NCBI GenBank assembly: GCA_051362555.1
Contig: CM120649.1
Coordinates: 4,526,001-4,590,000, forward strand
Direction: 5' to 3'
From: Lingula anatina
Lineage: Eukaryota; Animalia; Brachiopoda
Length of the DNA: 64,000 nucleotides
Part shown: one piece after another, positions 12,698 through 24,511 of the stretch
How the letters are laid out: each line of letters begins with the position of its first letter
How positions within the stretch are numbered: position 1 is the first letter of the stretch
The notes under the pieces: generated by a model
What the model was told of the DNA's origin: nothing
Databases searched by the model: none
Seen by the model: the letters and a program-made list of their open reading frames with translations, nothing else
Program-made: the position numbers and the translations under genes

Positions 12698-13891
12698 CTA
12701 CACGGCAGGACCAGCAGGCATCTGTAACCTACCCATAAACAGCAAAGCGCCCGATTTATTATCACGAATGAAAAACAAAAATGGGTGATCAGCAACAAAG
12801 GTTATTGTGTTCCTTGGCATTGCACACCCTAACATGACTACTCCTGCGGTTGCCGCCGCCGCCTCTGTTCCTTCCTCATTGACATCAATGAAAGCCTTAT
12901 GATACACCTGGGACAAAAACAACAACCTGGTGCCGTCCATTCCGGATAAATCAGCAATGCCTTCTGTGAACAAATCTGGCATTCCCATCTGTGAAAGCTT
13001 TTCATGGAGGCGATACTCTTCTGTGAGCTTAAACTTGGGCAATTTTACCATTACTGTTTCTGGAAAAAGATCTCTGGCGGTGGTCTCTAGGAGGCTCGAA
13101 GTCATCTTGGATTCCAAGTCTTTCAGGTCATCAATCTTGTCTGGGAGATAGATCAGCATGCTTAGGTCCCCTCCAACATATGGAATCTCCAGGATGTGAC
13201 ACTCTAGCTCCGTGCTATATCCTAGTGGAAAATCATCTTTTTGGTACATCATGTCGACTTGTATCCTGTTTGTTGAGGTTAGATGGAATGGTGCTTTTTG
13301 AGTTTGATTTGGATCAAATTGACTTGCCCAGTATCCCTTGAAATAAACTGCATTGATGAGTACCATGGCAACCAAAGAATTAATAGCGCCCTCTGGCAGC
13401 AGGCTTTTTATTTTCTGAGCTGTCTGCTCTTCCACCCATTGATTGATTTCAAGACGGGCCTCTTCTGGTTTAGCAGCAAAATCCTTCTCTTCAAGTTCAG
13501 CCCCATAGAAAGATCTCGTCAGTGCCAAATAGTCCTGCAGGAAAGCATATCCTTTCCGGGGAAACAGCTTGTTGGCACACTCCAAGGTGTAATTATCTTT
13601 CTTTCCAAACAACACTGAATTTAGAGTCTGAAAGGAGCTGTGAAGATCCTCCCCACTGTATTTGCCAAATCGTAAGACTCTGTCCATTTGGAATTTGGTC
13701 TCGTTACGACTGCCAGCGTAAGTCATCGCCATGGCGCTAAGGATGCTGAAGGGTGATATAAAGATATTTGCATTGCTGGGGGCATCCTTAGAAAGGAACT
13801 GATAAATGTCTGTAGCAAATTCATTGTTTATTCCAGCCAGAACGGAGAAGTCCATGACCATATCTTGTTGCTTTTGATGTTGTGTTGCCAT
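12698..13891 (-). CDS. Intracellular-type serpin (leukocyte elastase inhibitor/clade-B-like), single coding exon, about 397 aa
   Basis: Motifs NIFISPFSILSAMAMTYAGS, EINQWVEEQT, LINAVYFKGYW, inhibitory hinge EEGTEAAAAT and C-terminal FVADHPFLFFIRD. No signal peptide. The splice acceptor ending at 13925 precedes the ATG at 13891 (MATQHQ); the ORF extension to 13978 is intronic. Confidence 0.95.
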   Translation of the reverse strand: MATQHQKQQDMVMDFSVLAGINNEFATDIYQFLSKDAPSNANIFISPFSILSAMAMTYAGSRNETKFQMDRVLRFGKYSGEDLHSSFQTLNSVLFGKKDNYTLECANKLFPRKGYAFLQDYLALTRSFYGAELEEKDFAAKPEEARLEINQWVEEQTAQKIKSLLPEGAINSLVAMVLINAVYFKGYWASQFDPNQTQKAPFHLTSTNRIQVDMMYQKDDFPLGYSTELECHILEIPYVGGDLSMLIYLPDKIDDLKDLESKMTSSLLETTARDLFPETVMVKLPKFKLTEEYRLHEKLSQMGMPDLFTEGIADLSGMDGTRLLFLSQVYHKAFIDVNEEGTEAAAATAGVVMLGCAMPRNTITFVADHPFLFFIRDNKSGALLFMGRLQMPAGPAV

Positions 13892-14041
13892 GATTATGTC
13901 TTGCCCTGTGTATTTGGCTGCCTCCTGTTGGAATGTCAAGATAACTGAAATAAAAAAAAAATATGTGAAACATGACAAAAAAGTTCAGTGATGCCACGTC
14001 TGACATTGAAAGAGTGACTGCAGGGTTACAAGTCGATATGT

Positions 14042-14325
14042 CCCCGCAACAATACTTCCCCGCACCCATACTCCCCCACAATTACAGATATACTGAGGGG
14101 GGGGGGGGGGGGGGTATCAGTGTGGGGAAGAATTGGTGCGGGGGAGTATTGGTGCAGGGATGTACTGGTGCGGGGATCTATCGGTGTGGGGTTGTATCGA
14201 TGCGCATAATACAAAAAATTACTAAGGGGGATTATCAGTGTGTAGGAGTAGAGTATCGGTGCGGGAGAGTAACAGTGCGGGGGAGTATCGGTACGGGGGA
14301 GTAATGGTGCAGGGGAGTATCGACA
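14042..14325. repeat. G-rich degenerate minisatellite (about 16-bp unit ggggagtatcggtgcg) with a short inverted left arm
   Basis: Repeated ggtgcggggga(g)ta units; ccccgca...atact units in the opposite orientation at 14042-14080. Confidence 0.7.
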
Positions 14326-14547
14326 TGACCCCGACTGTGGGCCCTGGGGATGCTGGAGGTTGGGCTGAACCAAAGAGGTTTGATTACGTGACCTTGCATT
14401 TTAATGATCTTTTCTGACCTTTATTTCACCTTGTGTAACTGAATAATGGGTCATATTTCACACGTAAACTGTTATTTTCTTAATGTGCCACAAGAACAAT
14501 AATATCATTTGATAAATAAATTATGTGTTTTCATTGACTGTCAGTAA

Positions 14548-14979
14548 AACAAGTGGTTAAAGCCTTCAAACCGGGCATCGGAGCGGCCTAAAACTTGGGA
14601 CGCTTACCGCAAATACTGCAGGCTACATCATCCCGTCGCTCGTTTGTAAATTCCGTGCATGGCATACGCACAATCAAACCGTAAATCAAAATTCCACCTC
14701 TGATGTTTAGATCGGTCCTCTCTAACCTACCATTACGAAAAAGAAGCCATACCATTGGACAATGCGACCTCTGCGGTTACGTCATTTCCTGAATTGGATT
14801 GTAGTATTTGCGGTAAGCGTGCCAAGTTTTAGTCCGCTCCGACGCCCGGCAGTATTTTATTTCGATTATTATGTTTAAGTTGGTTTATTCTTGTTTCACA
14901 AGCTTACTCTATTTTATTGTCTCTATGGAGGTATATGGGGACTTTACGACATTCGGTTTGAAGGCTTTAACCACTTGTT
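14548..14979. mobile_element. Non-autonomous foldback/MITE element with nested inverted repeats
   Basis: Outer aacaagtggttaaagccttcaaaccg / cggtttgaaggctttaaccacttgtt; inner inverted pair of about 45 bp at 14571-14617 and 14802-14849. Confidence 0.65.
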
Positions 14980-16464
14980 ATAGTTTATTTTTGCATTGTA
15001 TTGGATTAATGTGGCAGTCCAAGGTTGTCCTTGGTGGTTTTCAAGTTTATGAACCCGGTTTTAATATCATTTAGCGATTTTACGACAACCGTTTACTATC
15101 CAATCAAGGTGACAGCCGAGCGTGGGTGACACACATAAAAAAGCAAAATGGTGAAAGCTTGCTGCCATGTTTGCCTACCGCTTTACCCCATTTGCCGGTT
15201 GCTCAGGCATGACCGACTGTCCCTATATATATACGGTAGTAATATACAAAATTAAATCAAAAGTTCATAAACTTTCTTGCACTTTTAAACTACGGTACGT
15301 GTACTCCAGTAACTACTAGTGAGGCCTATGAAACTACCCTGCTTACATGCACGGGTTAGTGCACATGTGCCGTACACTGCGCCACTAGGTTGATGATGAA
15401 GGTTTACACTGTACATGTACTGTATAAATGCACGGTGAGTGGCAGAGAACATTCGGTTGTTGGCATTATACAGTAAGTGATTTTGCCATGCCACATGCTA
15501 AAATATACTCTTGCCCACTACCTTGAATACAATCATAGTTATACTCCATATGTGAAACACTTGACAGCTGTTGTTGCGCTACTTACTGATTAGAAAATAA
15601 CACTGACGTGTCCCTTCGCCTTTGACTTCGTTGTGAACCGGAAATCGATTTGACAACTCAAGTTTATCGGTGGCAAGTTATTATTCATTGCTAAAAACGA
15701 AAGACATTGCGGTTGTTGCGATTCATTCATTCACCGCCCTACAAAGCAATCATTGAAAGAATCGCTAAGAAATACCCTGTAGATGACCACAAACCTCTAC
15801 ATTTCAAAAGTGACTCTCAAAATGTTTTCTTTAAAATGATTGTCTAGGAAACCCCTTTTTTGTGTCTAAAAGATATAAACTGACAAATGAAGAAACTGGA
15901 AAAAGCCTAGGCCTACTGTATCTATGTTTTACATGATGTAGGCCTACCGGTGGGCCCTTTGCCTATGCAGTAGCCTACCTACACTTACGGAAATATTCGG
16001 TTTATATATATGTCCGGTTGTAAACAAAATTCACCACACAGTAGCTGAAATTTTAAGGTGTAGAACGTGAAACTTTCTAATTTCAGACATGAAAAATGCG
16101 TGGTGGTGAAACATGTAAAATAGGGGGCGCCTTTATAGGGCCACTGCGGTGTTAGCATAATTTGATTTAATATAGGCCTACTGCAAACTTCACGTGCCTA
16201 TATAATCATAACTATTTGATTCAAAGATCTGGACTTAGATTAAGAAAAAGGTAGCGATAGCACGATATCTTTTAAAATACCTCACTTAAGGCCAGAAGTA
16301 GTAAAACGGACAAAGGCATAGAAACAATACCATGTTCTTATTTTTTTTTTTATAAAAAAAACAAAACATACTTCTCAAAAGGCCAGTTAAAGACAGAGGT
16401 TAAGTGCAGTGTCCAACGGATGACGCTGTACATAGCGCCATTTTGGGAAAAATACAGGAGAAGG

Positions 16465-16800
16465 ACAATTCATCATCTCGTTCTAAACGCCAGCGTTATT
16501 TTTCCTTTCTCCCCTCCCTCTATCATCTTCTGCATGGGTCTGAGGTAACCTTCCTGAAGTTGGGTGGCGATAGCTTTTAACAGGTGATAGCTTTTAACAG
16601 GTTAACATTCCTGGTAGGATTGTCGGACACTGTTTGTTCGGTTATCGCGGTGTACGTTGTTTGGTGCTCTTTTTGTTTCGGTGTACGACAGGATATTTAG
16701 AGTCTGTGGCTAAGTGATTTGTTCATCTACTACTGTGTGTGCCTTCGATCCCAACTGAAACTTTTTCTGTTTGGAGCTAAGACTTAACGTGTTACCACTT
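16465..16800 (-). repeat. Dispersed repeat, inverted paralog of 32355-32670
   Basis: Shared sequence such as ttcaggaaggttacctcagaccc(a/t)tgcagaagatgataga and cacttagccacagactc in opposite orientations. Confidence 0.8.
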
Positions 16801-17446
16801 TGAAGTGAATATTCCGTTTCTAGTAGCTTTTTTTATTACGCGAATATTTTTGGTCTTGTTGAGCCCGCCATCCGTTTAGTTACTTTTAATCCCAATGCTC
16901 CTTCGATGAAATTCCTCACACGTAGAAATGTGAAGTTGACCGAATTCATACCAATACGTTTTAAAAGGATGCTGGAATACCCCAGTCCGTCTTTCTTTTT
17001 TGTCCCTACTACATCTATTGGCTGGTCTTGTGAGCCCTATTTGCAGTTGAAGCTAGGCTTGACTTTTCAGTTCATAACCAACTCTGTCTTTAGTTCGAAT
17101 TTTTCCTTGATCCGAGTCAGTGCTTTCCTTGACCTGTAGATGACGACAAGCAGAGATAAGAGAGCTTAGCTTAGTACCCTGCTTCTTGATAATAAAATGT
17201 TGTCAAACAAGACGATATATTATTTTCTTCGTATGTTTGCTTAACGCTGTTGATCAGTGAGATTGCAGAAGGCAGCAGTTTAGAAGGGGGTGTAGATGTA
17301 TACAGTCCCGCAGTAAAGTCCCCTTACCAAAATGCTGCATGGTCTCCGAACCCTGCCCCGTATGGTCGAACAATAGAGGCCGCATGATAATTACTGGGTG
17401 GGGGAATCGGCAAGTAATCCTTATCGCTCACCCAAATAACGTGAAT

Positions 17447-19065
17447 GTATTGTTTTCTGATTTCATGGTTTGTTCCCTGTTGTCGTGACTCTGTGGTTGC
17501 GTGCGCCGTCGTATATGTGCGCACGTTTGTTTTACGTCGCATATTCTTCTTTCTTACGCTAAAATGATACATACGTTACCGATACATACGTTACCATGAA
17601 GCGTGTAAATATTTATTCTATTTTCATTGGTTTTCTTTCGCTTTGTGAGCCAACATTTATGTCTTTTATTCGTCTTTCATTAAAATACTGTTGGCGCACA
17701 AAAGGAAAGACAAACAATGAAAATAGAATAAAAAAATATTTACACGCTTTATGGTAACGTATGTATCATTTTAACGTAACAAAGAAGAATGAGCGACGTA
17801 ATAACATGCGTGCGCACATATACAACGTCGCACGCAACCACAGAGTCACGACAACAGAGAACAAACAATGAAATCAGAAAACAATACTTCACATTATTTG
17901 GTAACGTATGTATCGGTGACGTATGTATCATATAAACAATTTCAACAAACGGTTTCAAAACAAGATATCTTGACTTGCCCTGCTTTTCCTTCTTATTGTA
18001 ATTTAGTATACCGTAAGAATAAGGCGTTTGCTCACAAAACGGGCAACAAACAGTAAAAAATAAAAGTATTTACACGCCACATTTTAACTATCTTTATTGG
18101 TTCTCTTTTGTTTTGTGCACCAGCACTTATGTATTAATGTTACATTAAAATGAAAGAAAACGAGACAAATAAGATCTCTTGCCTTCAACTATCTGTGAAA
18201 ATTGTCCATTTGATTCATACGTTGCCGATATGTACGTGACCAAATAATATGAAGGTGTTGTTTTCTGATTCCATTGATTGTTTTCTGTTGTCACGACTTT
18301 GTGAGTGGGTGTGACTTTGTATATGTGCGCACTACGTTTTACGGCCCTCATTCTTGTTTGTTATGTAAATGTGATACATATACGTATTGTTTTCTGATTT
18401 CATTGTTTGTTCTCTGTAGTCGTGACTCTGTGGTTGCGTGTGACGTTGTATATGTGCGCACGTTTGTTTTACCTCGCTTATTCTTCTTTGTTACGCTAAA
18501 ATGATACATACGTTACCGATACATACGTTACCATGAAGCGTGTAAATATTTATTCTATTTTCATTGGTTTTCTTTCTCTTTGTGGGCCAACAATTATGTC
18601 TTTTATTTGTGTTTCATTAAAATAGTGATTGTGCACAAAAGAAAAGACAACCAATGAAAATAGAATAAAAAGTGTTTACACGCTTTATGGTAACGTATGT
18701 ATCATTTTAACGTAACAAAGAAGATTGAGCGACGTAATAACATGCGTGCGCACATATGGCGCAAGCAACCAATGAGTCGCGACAACAGAGAACAAACAAT
18801 GAAATCAGAAAACAATACCTTCATATTATTTGGTAACGTATGTATCGGTGACCTATGTGTCATATAAACAATTTCAACAAACGGTTTCTAGGCAAGTTGT
18901 CTTTACTTTCCCTGATTTTCCTTCTCATTGTTATGTAGTATACCGTAAGAATTAGGCGTCTGCTCACAAAACGGGCAACAAAAAATAAAAAAAAATAAAA
19001 GTATTTACACGCTTCATGGTAACTATTTTCATTGCTTGTCTTTCGTTTTGTGCGCCAACACTTAT
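17447..19065. repeat. Foldback complex: two direct copies of a roughly 680-bp unit, each containing a roughly 440-bp imperfect palindrome
   Basis: 17447-18125 matches 18384-19065. gtattgttttctgatttcat...ctgtgg is inverted at about 17838-17888 and 18770-18818. The spacer 18150-18380 is a more diverged inverted copy. Confidence 0.85.
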
Positions 19066-20893
19066 GGTGCCGATGAGTGTTTTAGATTAAAATGCAGTAA
19101 TTTTTGTAATTATTTTACTTAATTTATCCATTGTAAGGCGCCTTGAGGTAGTATGTAAGTCGCCAAAAAAGAAACTTATTATTTTATTTTTATTATTTTC
19201 CCCGGCGTACAGGTACTCTTATAATCAAAATCACCGAGTAAGTAGCTTACAACAAGGTTATCCAACCGTAAAGGTATTTTGCACTACTGATAGTATGGTT
19301 TACACAGTTTTGTAATAAGAAACGAATTTTGATGGACTTTTCAGGAAAGGGCAGGAATGGGCCTACTTGAATTTTCATTCTGGTCTGGATCACCATCTAC
19401 ATACACTGGGAAATGTTAAAAATGATTATTTGCCATTGCCGGAAAGGGTCACTGGCCTTGAGCCCAAAAATCACGAAATGTGTTTTAAGGTCGTTGTGCA
19501 AAGGGTTTGCTCACAACTGCACTTGTACCAAAATTTAGATATGATGCAACCTTACTGAGTTTGTAGATCGTATCATTGGGGAGGCTGTAATGGAGATAAT
19601 TAACTGATTAAAGTAATACAATGCCCAGAATATTTTATTTTCAGTTGATATACTTAATTCAAATATAATCTGCAATGGATGTCCAAATAAAAATGCATAA
19701 TATACTTGGAAATAATTGTGTATCCTCTCTTGCATATTTTTTTCTTATTTCGTTTTCTAGGTGTTTATTTCGTCGGTTCTGAAAGAAAAGAAATAAATTT
19801 TATGAACACCTTGACCCTATTTTCATATTAGAGCCCTTTTTGGTGCATTCATTAATGCACAAACAACATTATTCAGTATTTGTATTTTTAATTAAATGAT
19901 TTTAATAGAAATGGTTTTAATAATCATAATAATAATTATGATAAGAAAAATGACCTTTTAGAATTCCTCTGAACTTTCGACGTTTTAAATACTTTCACAT
20001 ATTTCCATGTATATCAAATGTTGAATAACGCATAATAATAAACATATATGAACAGACTTACAGTATATCAACATTGCACTGTATATGTTATGTACATATC
20101 GTAATGTAATACATATTGCCCTTCACACAGAAGTTTTATTAGATTCCATTGATATAAGCATTATCTGACGTCAAATTGCACAAGTTATTATTTGTATTTA
20201 TATTCTTTATTGATTCAACCGCCGATTCATATGGTCTTTGGTAGGTTTTTAGCGTTAATGTCAGGTTGCCGCCTAGCTATCAATGACTGAAGTAATGATG
20301 AAGATTCGCGTCAAAAACAAAAATGAACATGCTCATGTAACAAAACATGTAATTGATCATTTTTCTTTACAGAATAATGTCCTGTGTCAGTTTCAGTAAG
20401 TAGCCAAACCTTTGGCCTGCCTGGCAATAGGGAGTTTAGAAGAAAAAAGTTCAATAATCCAGTTGTTCTATAAGACTTACCCTGGCAGTCAAATCCGTCC
20501 CCTAGGTAACCGCTGTAACAAACACACATTTTAAAAGCTTCTCCATCGCAGAACTCATTGTCCCAAGGCATATCTCGAGAACTTATCAGTTCAACACATA
20601 TGCCGTTTTCCCCACACTTTGCTAAAAAAAAAAAAAAAAGCAATAAACAAAAACGCATGCTGGCACTCGCTTGCGACAGAATACTTGGAAATTTTGAATC
20701 AACTTAACCGCATAAGTTCCACCTAAACGCTGGAATATGTTATTTGTATTAAGGCCTTTAGTTTAAATTGAGATCTATAGCCATAGGACCTGTTTTCGTG
20801 AGGTCCACCTAATCACTTGGATATGTTAGTAATATTATAGTTAATCAGCAAAGATCTAGAGCCATATGACATGATATCAATCTATAGAAGTTG

Positions 20894-21667
20894 AGCCTCT
20901 GTCACTACCGGCCGTACGGGCTCTTAAGGGCTGTTTGCGTCCAAATTTTACGCAGAATCTCGCGTCCCAAGCAGTTTCTTATTACGAAATTTCATGCTCG
21001 CAGACAGCCCGTAAGCACGTACGACGGATGTTGGACATGTCAAAAAGATTTTACAAATAGCCTGCTAACTGCGAGGCCGCAAGCATAACTTGCTCCCCTC
21101 TCACGGAGGTAGAAAGTGAGACGTGCGTTGTGCAAAACGCACGTCGCAAGCAATGAAGGAGCAAGTGCCCTTTGCGTGTTGAGTAAGGCGCACGCCCTCA
21201 CAACTAACGAACAAAGTCGAGAACACACCGGGAATGCGTCGCAAGTGCTTCACCCCCACGCCTGGTGTATAAAAGGCGCGCTCACGACGCAAGCCGTGTC
21301 TTTACAATGAACGTCGATTTTCAGTTTTTTGCTCAATTTAGTTTCTAATATTCCTCCAAAAGGCAAGAGAAAGAAGCTTAGCAGAAAAAATGGAGGAGGA
21401 GGAAAGAAGGGGAGAACAAGAGGCAAAACTGACATACGCCGTCAGTACGTGCCACGTACGCAGAAAGCAAGACACACTCAAGAAATGAATACAATTTCCA
21501 CGGCCATCGCTCCTTGCAATCAGCGTCCCTGCTTGAAAGGACAACTCATGTGGCCTTGTGACTCGCAAGGCAGACTTTCCTCTACGAACCCCACGACCTC
21601 CACTGCACCCACAATTCGTAGGGGACGTACGGTCCTAATATCCGTGCGACCGGTTGTGACCGAGGCT
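20894..21667. mobile_element. PIF/Harbinger-type non-autonomous element, 774 bp, in an intron of copy A
   Basis: Imperfect TIR agcctctgtcactaccggccgtacgg / ccgtgcgaccggttgtgaccgaggct with 3-bp flanks TTG/TTA. The empty site gaagttactcttac is present in copies B, C and D. Confidence 0.8.
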
Positions 21668-21884
21668 TTACTCTTACATATCCTCTGGTATCAGTAATTG
21701 TATTGGTAAATTTGCTTTGTATTTCATTCTGCTGCATGATTTACAACTTACAACTGTGAGCTGTTATCTGTCAATACTGAGATACACTATGTGCGCAATA
21801 TTATGGGTTCGGCTTACCTTGTTGGCACAATGTTCCGCGAAAACCCTCTGGACAAATGCAATACACCTTCGAATCGTTTGTAGA

Positions 21885-24511
21885 TCAGACTCAACCCACA
21901 GAGAATGCCTAGACAGTTCAACCCACTAGTGGTTGGATGTATTTACCATCCACCAGATAGCAACCATAATGACATGGTCCAACATCTGCTTGAAACACTT
22001 GATACAATAAAAACAAAGTATGTGAATGCTGGAATAATTTTGACCGGAGACTTTAACCATCTGCCTGACAAATTGCTCATTAAAAGCCACAGATTAAAAC
22101 AACTGGTAAAATGTCCTACACATATGAACTCCACCTTAGATCTTGTTTATACCAACATGCAATATTACTATCAGAGCCCAGTCCATTTGTCTCCTATTGG
22201 CTTGTCTAAACATGAAACCATCTTAGTGAAACCTGTCGCATCACAAATGTTACAATCAGCCAGGAAATGTAAGGTGACTGTCCGAAAATACCCACTTTCA
22301 AAACGAATTAGTTTCGCAGATGCCATTCAAAACATCCACTGGGATGAACTATACCACAGTGACTGTGTCCATCAGCAATGTGATATGTTTTATCAGACCT
22401 TGCATAACTTAATAGAAACCCACTTCCCCACCAAGGTTGTGACAAGGAGTACACATGACAAGCCTTGGGTGACAGATGAGTTTCGTGACCTAATCATCCA
22501 ACGCCAGCGTGCCTTTCAACTGAAGGACCCTGAATTTAGAAACCTTAGAAACAAAGTAAACCAAGAACGCAAACGGTTACAAACGGTCTACTACAGAACT
22601 CAGATTGAAGAGGCAAAATCGTCAGACCCAGGGAAATGGTGGAAAGGTATCAATAACATCATGGGTAAATCTCAAAACAGTGCCTCTCTGACCACCATGG
22701 CCAACCATCTCCATGAGGGGGATATGGAAGCACTTGCACAAAACATCAACAACTTCTTCCAGTCCATTACTTCTCACCTAGACCCCTTAGATGAGACGGA
22801 CTTCCATGATGTTAACATTCCCTCACAGTACCAGCTCACAGTAGAACAAGTGGAAAGATCTCTCATTAATATTAACACAAACAAGGCATCCGGTCCTGAT
22901 AATATACCGAACTGGATTCTCAAAGACTTTGCTGGAGTTCTCGGTGCACCAGTATGTGCAATCTGGAACAATACCATACGTCAAGGAAAGCTACCAACAA
23001 TCTGGAAATGTGCCAATGTAGTGCCACTGCCTAAAATTAAACCAGCACTGAGCGTGGAAAATGATTTAAGACCTGTTTCCCTAACACCTATCCTCAGCAA
23101 GGAATTGGAAGCATTCATTTTTACATGGCTGTGGGAGATACTAGGACCACATATTAAGAAAGATCAGTTTGGCAATGTTAAAGGTTCCTCCACCACAATG
23201 GCCTTAATCGAGCTATTTGACACCTGGGCCAAGGCCAGTGACACTCATGGGGCACAGTCTCGGGTTTTATTACTTGATTTTAGAAAAGCGTTTGATTTAA
23301 TAGACCACAATATTTTGCTAGGCAAGCTTTGCAGCTATGGAGTACCTCCAGTATTACTCAGATGGGTCCATGCCTTTTTACTAAATAGACAGCAACGGAT
23401 CAAGTGTGGATCAGTAATGTCACAATGGTGCCATATTCATGGGGGCGTGCCCCAGGGTACAAAATTAGGACCTCTCCTTTTCATTACAATGATAAATGAC
23501 ATGGAATGTTTTTTACCAGCAGTAAAATATGTGGATGACACTACAGTTTATGAGACAGTTCACCAACCATCTCCAAGGGAAATAGAACAAGGTGCCAAAC
23601 CTACACAATCTAAACTTCCCATAGCAGCCTCAAACCTATATGAATGGACAAAACAAAATAACATGCTAATCAATCCTAAAAAAACTGTTGAACTGTTTAT
23701 CTGTTTCAGTAAAAACCCTACTGTACCTGATAACCTAATAATTGATGGTATAAAAATCGAACAAGTTTCACATGCCAAACTGCTGGGAGTTCATATCAGT
23801 TCTAATTTGAAATGGGACTTACATATAGAAAAAATTCTCTCAAAAGCTGCATCCAGACTGTATTTCTTATGCATGGTCAAACACGCTGGGGTGCCGAGAC
23901 ATGACCTCTTACAAATTTATAAAAGCAATCTCAGACCAACACTTGAGTACGCTTGTCAGCTATGGCATGCTGGAATTACCGCACAGCAATCTAAAGCCTT
24001 AGAGAACATCCAAAAAAGGGCTCTTCATATTATATACCCTGAACTCACTTACAACGAAGCAATGGGCATCACTGAATTACCTACCTTGAAATCTCGGCGT
24101 ACTGACTTATGCAAAAAATTATTTAATGAGATAAAACTGTGTACACATAGATTGAACCATCTTTTACCTAACACTCGTGTCATAGAAAAGGACCTAAGGA
24201 ATGTTTATAGATATGTTTTACCAAAATGTCGGACAAAAAGATATAGAAACACTTTTATCCCATACTGTTTATATACGTGTCAATGATCTAGGTCTATCCA
24301 TTAACTTTTAGCTTTTGAAAATAACAACGAATCACCATTTTTAACCTCATTATTGGTTTTATAACTTAGAATTTATCTTAAAGCTCTATTTTAGTACTAC
24401 ATCTTTATACTTTTATACATATACATTCAATATATGTCTTATATATTGCAAAGAACACAATAAACCCTTTATTAATATTATTATTATTATTATTATAAAA
24501 AATGAAATGAA
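21885..24511 (+). mobile_element. 5'-truncated non-LTR retrotransposon (L2/CR1 group, Crack/Daphne-like)
   Basis: Boundaries defined by the interrupted EGF2 exon. ORF2 has a partial APE endonuclease and a complete RT. The AT-rich 3' UTR has AATAAA and a (TTA)n/(AATGA)n tail. No clear TSD. Confidence 0.9.
21905..24286 (+). CDS. LINE ORF2: APE endonuclease C-terminal part plus reverse transcriptase, 793 aa, uninterrupted
   Basis: IILTGDFN, STLDLVYTN and LSKHETI (APE); KASGPDNIP, LRPVSLTP, LLDFRKAFD, GVPQGTKLGPLLF and KYVDD (RT); RPTLEYACQLWH and CRTKRYRNTFIP C-terminus. Confidence 0.92.
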   Translation: MPRQFNPLVVGCIYHPPDSNHNDMVQHLLETLDTIKTKYVNAGIILTGDFNHLPDKLLIKSHRLKQLVKCPTHMNSTLDLVYTNMQYYYQSPVHLSPIGLSKHETILVKPVASQMLQSARKCKVTVRKYPLSKRISFADAIQNIHWDELYHSDCVHQQCDMFYQTLHNLIETHFPTKVVTRSTHDKPWVTDEFRDLIIQRQRAFQLKDPEFRNLRNKVNQERKRLQTVYYRTQIEEAKSSDPGKWWKGINNIMGKSQNSASLTTMANHLHEGDMEALAQNINNFFQSITSHLDPLDETDFHDVNIPSQYQLTVEQVERSLININTNKASGPDNIPNWILKDFAGVLGAPVCAIWNNTIRQGKLPTIWKCANVVPLPKIKPALSVENDLRPVSLTPILSKELEAFIFTWLWEILGPHIKKDQFGNVKGSSTTMALIELFDTWAKASDTHGAQSRVLLLDFRKAFDLIDHNILLGKLCSYGVPPVLLRWVHAFLLNRQQRIKCGSVMSQWCHIHGGVPQGTKLGPLLFITMINDMECFLPAVKYVDDTTVYETVHQPSPREIEQGAKPTQSKLPIAASNLYEWTKQNNMLINPKKTVELFICFSKNPTVPDNLIIDGIKIEQVSHAKLLGVHISSNLKWDLHIEKILSKAASRLYFLCMVKHAGVPRHDLLQIYKSNLRPTLEYACQLWHAGITAQQSKALENIQKRALHIIYPELTYNEAMGITELPTLKSRRTDLCKKLFNEIKLCTHRLNHLLPNTRVIEKDLRNVYRYVLPKCRTKRYRNTFIPYCLYTCQ

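Noticed and set aside
12930-13740. Plus-strand ORFs of 72-111 aa
   Set aside because: Antisense shadows of the serpin CDS.
13892-13978. Hydrophobic N-terminal extension of the serpin ORF as a signal peptide
   Set aside because: It is translated polypyrimidine tract upstream of the splice acceptor at 13925; an upstream coding exon cannot be fully excluded.
13972-14373. Gly/Cys-rich and Pro-rich ORFs
   Set aside because: Translations of the G-rich minisatellite.
21329-21697. 122-aa basic ORF as LINE ORF1
   Set aside because: It lies in a separate TIR element (20894-21667) and is separated from the LINE by host intron and exon sequence; the LINE is 5'-truncated.
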